This document shows positions 58,355-64,000 of a stretch of DNA of 64,000 bases, one piece after another. The stretch covers positions 12,025 to 76,024 of the forward strand of contig SVHM01000004.1 in NCBI GenBank assembly GCA_015055815.1. The letters run 5' to 3'. The notes beneath the pieces are model-generated. The model saw only the letters and a program-made list of their open reading frames with translations. It had not been told where the DNA came from and ran no database searches. The stretch is from Clostridiales bacterium. GTDB taxonomy: Bacteria; Bacillota; Clostridia; Christensenellales; UBA1242. Position 1 is the first letter of the stretch. Every line of letters starts with the position of its first letter. The position numbers and the translations under genes are program-made.

Positions 58355-60005
58355 TAAAATTTATTAAATTGGGATTTTGATCTAATATTGATTCATATTG
58401 ACCAGCATTTCCACATTTAGCTCCCTTATCTAATTGTTTATATCTATCATATTTCGCTTTTCTATCACTTTCTCTTGCCCAACCGAAATGCTTTATTCTT
58501 ACATCAATATCGGCATTTTTTAATTTAAATAAATTGCATGGCAGTCTTCCACAATGTTGGTTTGTCTTTTTAAATTTATACTTGAATTTAGGTTGATATC
58601 TTAACATGAATGTCATATGCCTATTATGAGCATCCCAATACTCATCTTCACGATATTGCTTTTCATTCCACATATCAAAAAGCCTAAAATTATAAACATC
58701 AATATCATCAACACTAATTAAGTATTTTACAATATCCTTAAACGAATCTTCTAATATTTCATCTGCGTCTAAAGACAATATCCAACCAGGATTCAATTTT
58801 AAAGTTTCTTTCCATTGTTTCATTCTTAGCCTATACTCATGTTTAAACATAGATTTTTTGTTTTTGATAATAGTATGTGGAAAACCTTTCAAAATCTCTT
58901 CACATAATTGAAATGTATTATCAGTAGAAGCATCATCGATAATTAAAATATCATCAACAAATTTTTTAGCATTTTCAAGTAATTGATCTAAATATCTACC
59001 ACACTCATTATGAACTATCATCGATAAAACTATTTTTTTATTTTCTATAACTCTATTTTTACTCCACTTATTAATTTTTTGAATAATCACTTTATGCCTA
59101 TAGTACTTTAATAACTTTTTTATTGTATTGAATAATCGGTTTTTAAATTTAAGTCTATTATCATAAATTTTATTCGTTTGACACATATCAAATTTAAATC
59201 CATCTTTTTTAAATTCATCAACCCTATCCAAATATTCTGGTCTATAAATATGATAAGCCGGATAAACTGTATCAACATATAGTTTTAATCCTATTGCTTG
59301 AGCCCTTATACAAAAATGTCTATCTTCTCCCCAAAACGAAACATTATCTATTAGTTCAAATTTTACGCCAGACTTTAACGCATGATTTGATAACAAAGTG
59401 CAAGCCCCTAGACCACCCACTTCATAGATTCCTGGAATTCGTAATTTTGCTATAAATCCATTGGTTAACTTATACTTTTCATATTCGTTTAAGTCCCTAT
59501 CCCACGGTTTTTTAAATCTATCATAAACATTTTGTTGCCAAACCTGCGGTTCTAACTCACAACCAGCATTAAACTGAGTCCAAAAAATATTAGAAACGAC
59601 ATCAACATTTCGTGAAATTAAATGTCTTAATGTCTCAACATGTAATACAATATCTGAATCAACAAAAAATAAATAATCATATTTTTCGTGCTTAGCATAC
59701 TCAATAATTGAGTCTTTAAACATAGTAATTTTTCTAATTAAACTATCTTTCCATAAATGAGTGCTTTTGTTAGCCACGTAACTATCTTTTACATTGTGAT
59801 TAAAGTCGCTTCCTTTTTTTAAAACAACATTATTTTTTTTGGCGAAATTTTTTAGCAATTGAGAACTATCCGTATCTACATTATCATCCACGAAAAAATA
59901 ATCAACTTCAATATTAGCTTTATTTAATTCGCTTAACGAAACCAAAAATTCGTTTAAAACAACATGATCTTGCCTTATAGGACTTCCTATTAATACTTTC
60001 TTCAT
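58347..60005 (-). CDS. Two-domain family 2 glycosyltransferase
   Basis: Domain 1: FVDD, FFVDSD, GEDRHFC. Domain 2: DDASTD, LDADE, KHFG. Confidence 0.88.
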   Translation of the reverse strand: MKKVLIGSPIRQDHVVLNEFLVSLSELNKANIEVDYFFVDDNVDTDSSQLLKNFAKKNNVVLKKGSDFNHNVKDSYVANKSTHLWKDSLIRKITMFKDSIIEYAKHEKYDYLFFVDSDIVLHVETLRHLISRNVDVVSNIFWTQFNAGCELEPQVWQQNVYDRFKKPWDRDLNEYEKYKLTNGFIAKLRIPGIYEVGGLGACTLLSNHALKSGVKFELIDNVSFWGEDRHFCIRAQAIGLKLYVDTVYPAYHIYRPEYLDRVDEFKKDGFKFDMCQTNKIYDNRLKFKNRLFNTIKKLLKYYRHKVIIQKINKWSKNRVIENKKIVLSMIVHNECGRYLDQLLENAKKFVDDILIIDDASTDNTFQLCEEILKGFPHTIIKNKKSMFKHEYRLRMKQWKETLKLNPGWILSLDADEILEDSFKDIVKYLISVDDIDVYNFRLFDMWNEKQYREDEYWDAHNRHMTFMLRYQPKFKYKFKKTNQHCGRLPCNLFKLKNADIDVRIKHFGWARESDRKAKYDRYKQLDKGAKCGNAGQYESILDQNPNLINFNE

Positions 60006-60012
60006 TATACAC

Positions 60013-61107
60013 CTACATCTTTTCCAATATATCAGCAATTTGCTTACAAGCAGTTCCATCACCATATGGATTTTGTGCTTTACTCATTTTTTCATATTCA
60101 TCTTTACTTTCTAATAAAAGCTTGAAATTTTCATAAATAACACTTTCATCTGTGCCTACAAGTTTTAAAGTTCCAGCCTTAATACCCTCTGGTCTTTCTG
60201 TAGTATCCCTCATCACAAGCACTGGCTTACCCAAAGAAGGAGCCTCTTCTTGAATACCGCCACTATCGGTTAAAATCATATAACTTCTTGCTAAAAAATT
60301 ATGGAAATCTATTACTTCCAATGGCTCAATTATTCTAATTCTTTCATCATTACCTAATATTTTATTTGCAATTTCCCTGACAACAGGATTCATATGAATT
60401 GGATAAATAACCTTAACATCAGGATGTTCATCTACTATTCTTTTTATAGCCCTAAACATGTTTTCCATTGGAATACCTAAATTTTCTCTACGATGTGCTG
60501 TCAACATTATCAATCTACTATCACTCGCCCAATCAAGATGCTCATTTTCATAATCATCTCTAACAGTTGTTTTAAGAGCATCAATTGCAGTGTTTCCTGT
60601 TATAAACATTGTAGATTCATCTTTACACTCTCTTAATAGATTTTGTTTAGACATTTCTGTTGGACAAAAATTGAATTTAGAGACAATACCAACCGCTTGT
60701 CTATTAAATTCTTCTGGAAAAGGCGAATCTACATTATAAGTTCTAAGACCAGCCTCAACATGACCAACTGGAATATGTAAATAAAAACAAGCAAGTGCAG
60801 TTACAAAAGTAGTTGATGTATCTCCATGCACTAAAACAACATCCGGTTTTTCTTTCTCTAAAACATTTCTAATCCTATCTAAAATATTAATAGTAACATC
60901 AAATAAAGTTTGTTTATCTTTCATTATATCTAAATCATAATCTGGGACAACATCAAAAACTTTTAATACTTGATGTAACATTTCTCTATGTTGTCCAGTA
61001 ACACAAACTTTTGTATCAATATTTTGTCTAGTTTTCAACTCTTTAACTAATGGGCACATTTTGATTGCTTCTGGTCTTGTGCCAAAGACTAACATAACTT
61101 TTTTCAT
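60013..61107 (-). CDS. wecB: UDP-N-acetylglucosamine 2-epimerase (non-hydrolysing)
   Basis: FGTRPEAIK, HGDT, HVEAGLR, HRREN, DSGGIQEEA, RPE, NPYGDG. Confidence 0.97.
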   Translation of the reverse strand: MKKVMLVFGTRPEAIKMCPLVKELKTRQNIDTKVCVTGQHREMLHQVLKVFDVVPDYDLDIMKDKQTLFDVTINILDRIRNVLEKEKPDVVLVHGDTSTTFVTALACFYLHIPVGHVEAGLRTYNVDSPFPEEFNRQAVGIVSKFNFCPTEMSKQNLLRECKDESTMFITGNTAIDALKTTVRDDYENEHLDWASDSRLIMLTAHRRENLGIPMENMFRAIKRIVDEHPDVKVIYPIHMNPVVREIANKILGNDERIRIIEPLEVIDFHNFLARSYMILTDSGGIQEEAPSLGKPVLVMRDTTERPEGIKAGTLKLVGTDESVIYENFKLLLESKDEYEKMSKAQNPYGDGTACKQIADILEKM

Positions 61108-61123
61108 AATAACTCCTTGTCTT

Positions 61124-62125
61124 TTATGGTGTTTTTTTGAATACTCTATAAATTAATTTAATAACGACAAAAAGCTTGTATCTGCATAATTTATAAAGCA
61201 ATTTTTTACTTTTATTCATATCAAAAGATGTTAATGCTTTGTAATTCTCCTTTGTATTCAAATTATTTATTAAATCTTTTTTTAAAGTCTTAAAGTTTAA
61301 ATCTTTGGACATAGCAACATCTCTCACTAAATTAAAATAAAACCAGAATTTAAAAGCTGCAACATTACGCAAATTTTTAAACCCAACTAAATATTTCTGA
61401 AACTCTCCCCAAAAATTAATTTTTCTACGTACTGTTTCAGCATTGTAAGTATGAGACGCAGACCCTTCTCTCTGAACATATGTATAAAAGTACTTATCAA
61501 CAAAAGAAATTTTTGTACCATCTTTGATACAGTTAAGTAAGAAAATTAGATCTTCCCCCATCTTCAACTGCCCAAATCGATAATTTTTAATTGCTTTAGC
61601 ATTAAATAAAAATCTACAAGCTGACCAAATTGCTCCATAACAAACAACAAAATCTTCCTGTTTTATAACATCTTGCAACAAAAGCAAATCTTTAAAATAT
61701 TCTCCTTTGCAATTCTTCAGATTAACTTCGTTACAATATTTTATTTCTCCCAAAATTTCATATTTAATTTTGCACACTGAAATATCAGCTTTGTTTTCTT
61801 CCACAGACTCTAAAAGTTCTTTATACATACTAGTATCTATTTCATCGTCAGCATCAACAAATGCAACATACTCACCGCTGGACTTATCTAATCCGATATT
61901 TCTTGCTGAGCTCACCCCACCATTCTCTTTATGAATGACTTTGACACGTTTATCTTTTTTCGCCCACAAATCACAAATATTCCCACTATTATCCGTACTT
62001 CCATCATTCACTAAAATAATTTCTAAATTCTTGTATTCTTGTCCAACAATACTTGATAAACATCTATCCAAATATTTTTCACAATTATATATTGGAACTA
62101 TTACTGATATTTTATTTTTGTTCAT
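61124..62125 (-). CDS. Family 2 glycosyltransferase
   Basis: SVIVPIYN, NDGSTD, GVSSARN, FVDADD, GED. Confidence 0.93.
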   Translation of the reverse strand: MNKNKISVIVPIYNCEKYLDRCLSSIVGQEYKNLEIILVNDGSTDNSGNICDLWAKKDKRVKVIHKENGGVSSARNIGLDKSSGEYVAFVDADDEIDTSMYKELLESVEENKADISVCKIKYEILGEIKYCNEVNLKNCKGEYFKDLLLLQDVIKQEDFVVCYGAIWSACRFLFNAKAIKNYRFGQLKMGEDLIFLLNCIKDGTKISFVDKYFYTYVQREGSASHTYNAETVRRKINFWGEFQKYLVGFKNLRNVAAFKFWFYFNLVRDVAMSKDLNFKTLKKDLINNLNTKENYKALTSFDMNKSKKLLYKLCRYKLFVVIKLIYRVFKKTP

Positions 62126-62155
62126 TTATTAAATCCTCTAGCGCAAGGGTATAAA

Positions 62156-63100
62156 TTATTTATACTTTACCTTTAAAATGATTTCCAACAACCATGGGAA
62201 GTATTTATATAATTTAAGCACCTTATTATTTTTATTTTTTTCAACAAATCCATCAATTTCTTTTTTTAGTTTGCTAATAATACCCTCATTCAAATTAGCC
62301 CATTTTGATTTAAAATAATACAAAATCAAAACATTTATATATTGATTAATAGCCTTATCCAAAAACAAATTACGATTTTTCTTAATAAATTCAACTCTAT
62401 TTTGCTTAGCTTCAACACAATCTAAACGTCTTTCTGTAAAACATTCTCCTGTTATGCTTGTATTTCTAATGAGATAATTGTATAAAGGCAAGTTTACAAA
62501 AACAAACTTATTACAATCATTCAATAACTCATGAATAATAAATTCATCTTCATGTATTTTACCATCAGGATAGCGAATATTATCAAACAGTTCTTTTTTG
62601 TATAATTTACCCCAAGCAAGCATAATCATTGGTATTCTCTTATTAAACAATAAATCAAATACATCATCCTTTTGCGTAATAAAAATCGATTTGATTTTTT
62701 TTAGATTGATATCTTTATTAAAAACTTTATTTTCATAAACATTTCTAAAAGAAGACATCGCTATATCAGCATCTTTCTCAATCAGTTGATTTATAAGTAT
62801 CTCGCACATATGTTCATTTAAAGTATCATCGGAATCTACAAACATCAAATAATCGCCTGTCGCAACATCAATGCCAGCATTCCTTGCAGAACTCAACCCG
62901 CCATTTTTTTTATGAATAACTTTAATTCTACTATCCCTTTCTGCATATTCATCACATATTTGGGGGCATTGATCCGGACTTCCATCATCAACTACAATAA
63001 TTTCTAAGTTTTTATAAGTTTGTTTTATAACACTGTTAAGACAATTACTCAAGTATTTCTCAACTTTGTAAACGGGAATAATAACACTTATCTTTTTCAT
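62156..63100 (-). CDS. Family 2 glycosyltransferase
   Basis: SVIIPVYK, DDGSPD, GLSSARN, FVDSDD, WGKLY, HEDE. Confidence 0.93.
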   Translation of the reverse strand: MKKISVIIPVYKVEKYLSNCLNSVIKQTYKNLEIIVVDDGSPDQCPQICDEYAERDSRIKVIHKKNGGLSSARNAGIDVATGDYLMFVDSDDTLNEHMCEILINQLIEKDADIAMSSFRNVYENKVFNKDINLKKIKSIFITQKDDVFDLLFNKRIPMIMLAWGKLYKKELFDNIRYPDGKIHEDEFIIHELLNDCNKFVFVNLPLYNYLIRNTSITGECFTERRLDCVEAKQNRVEFIKKNRNLFLDKAINQYINVLILYYFKSKWANLNEGIISKLKKEIDGFVEKNKNNKVLKLYKYFPWLLEIILKVKYK

Positions 63101-64000
63101 TTATAACTCCTCATAAATTTATTTTTTTCTAACCACAAATACTCAAACAATATATTAGAGACAATTAATGCAAATAACACTATAAGTAAAAACCAACTAA
63201 AAGAAAAAGGTCCAACATAAAATTTATAGGGAAAAACATCATTGGAATTCCTAATTATTGCAGAAAAGTAGAAGAATACAATGCCTCCGACTTGAAGTAG
63301 TGGCAAATATATTTTTCTCAATTTTGCCATTTGAAAATATTTTATTGAATAAGGGATTAAGAAAACTATACTCCAAAAGAAATACATTGTAAATCTGCTT
63401 ACTAATGGAAAAAATCCACTAAATGTCGCAATCAACCTAACAATCACATTAATAAAAAACAAATTCAAGAAAATATTATAAATAGCAAAATCTTTACTAT
63501 TATTAGGTATTAAAGTTTTTATGTAAAAAAACCAAACAAATACCGCAACCATACCCACTAAATATGCCAAATTATACAAGCCTATTTCACTTTTAAACGC
63601 CCCTTCCACAATATACCTATTATAATAATCTGTAGTTAAAATTTTGCTTAACATCTTAATTATATATGGCAATGCAAATATAGTTATAATTGTTATAACG
63701 CCTATAATTAACATCTTTCCAAAGTCCAATTTAATATATTTAATAAAATAAATCGGAATTAATACCAATGCAGATGCATGACAAAATGTCGCTAAAATAC
63801 ATGCTAAAAAATACAATCTATTTTCTTCTTTTATCAAATAATAAATTGCCAATGCAAATAGTCCTACAGCCATAAATTGTCTCATGCCATTAACACTAAT
63901 TCCCCATATACCTAAACTAAACATAAAAAATAATGTACACATTGGATATGGTGACACTTTTCTAATTAACAAGTAAAAGCCAAAATATTGAACAACAAAC
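63097..64000 (-). CDS. EpsG-family polysaccharide polymerase (Wzy), 5' truncated
   Basis: NGMRQFMA, A..CHASA, SRF..YF, PY motifs; multiple TM helices; frame open to the window end. Confidence 0.85.
   Translation of the reverse strand, partial: FVVQYFGFYLLIRKVSPYPMCTLFFMFSLGIWGISVNGMRQFMAVGLFALAIYYLIKEENRLYFLACILATFCHASALVLIPIYFIKYIKLDFGKMLIIGVITIITIFALPYIIKMLSKILTTDYYNRYIVEGAFKSEIGLYNLAYLVGMVAVFVWFFYIKTLIPNNSKDFAIYNIFLNLFFINVIVRLIATFSGFFPLVSRFTMYFFWSIVFLIPYSIKYFQMAKLRKIYLPLLQVGGIVFFYFSAIIRNSNDVFPYKFYVGPFSFSWFLLIVLFALIVSNILFEYLWLEKNKFMRSYK

Overview
AT-rich chromosomal segment (standard genetic code, sigma-A promoters, T-box, NrdR boxes, GGGtGRT protein), most consistent with an uncultured Clostridia-type Bacillota. 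Most genes lie on the minus strand, which is G/T-rich. Most of the window is housekeeping: fba, gap, mnmA, thyX, tmk, nrdD/nrdG/trxB, pheST, argS, metal transport, and a surface-polysaccharide cluster at the right end. The standout is a ~19 kb block at 12.6-31.6 kb, between mnmA and thyX. It holds a minimal type IV secretion system: VirD4, two VirB2-like pilins, an extended VirB6-like protein and a PrgI/VirB3-VirB4 fusion. No relaxase, integrase, wall hydrolase or att sites are visible, and the genes are split into separate transcription units. Directly downstream are two giant orphan proteins (1361 and ~1685 aa) without signal peptides, which share N- and C-terminal motifs and look like distant paralogues. 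I interpret this as a domesticated, probably protein-translocating T4SS with candidate substrates. That interpretation is inference. All family assignments come from motif recognition by eye, with no database searches. Several start codons were shifted from the ORF track to RBS-supported positions.
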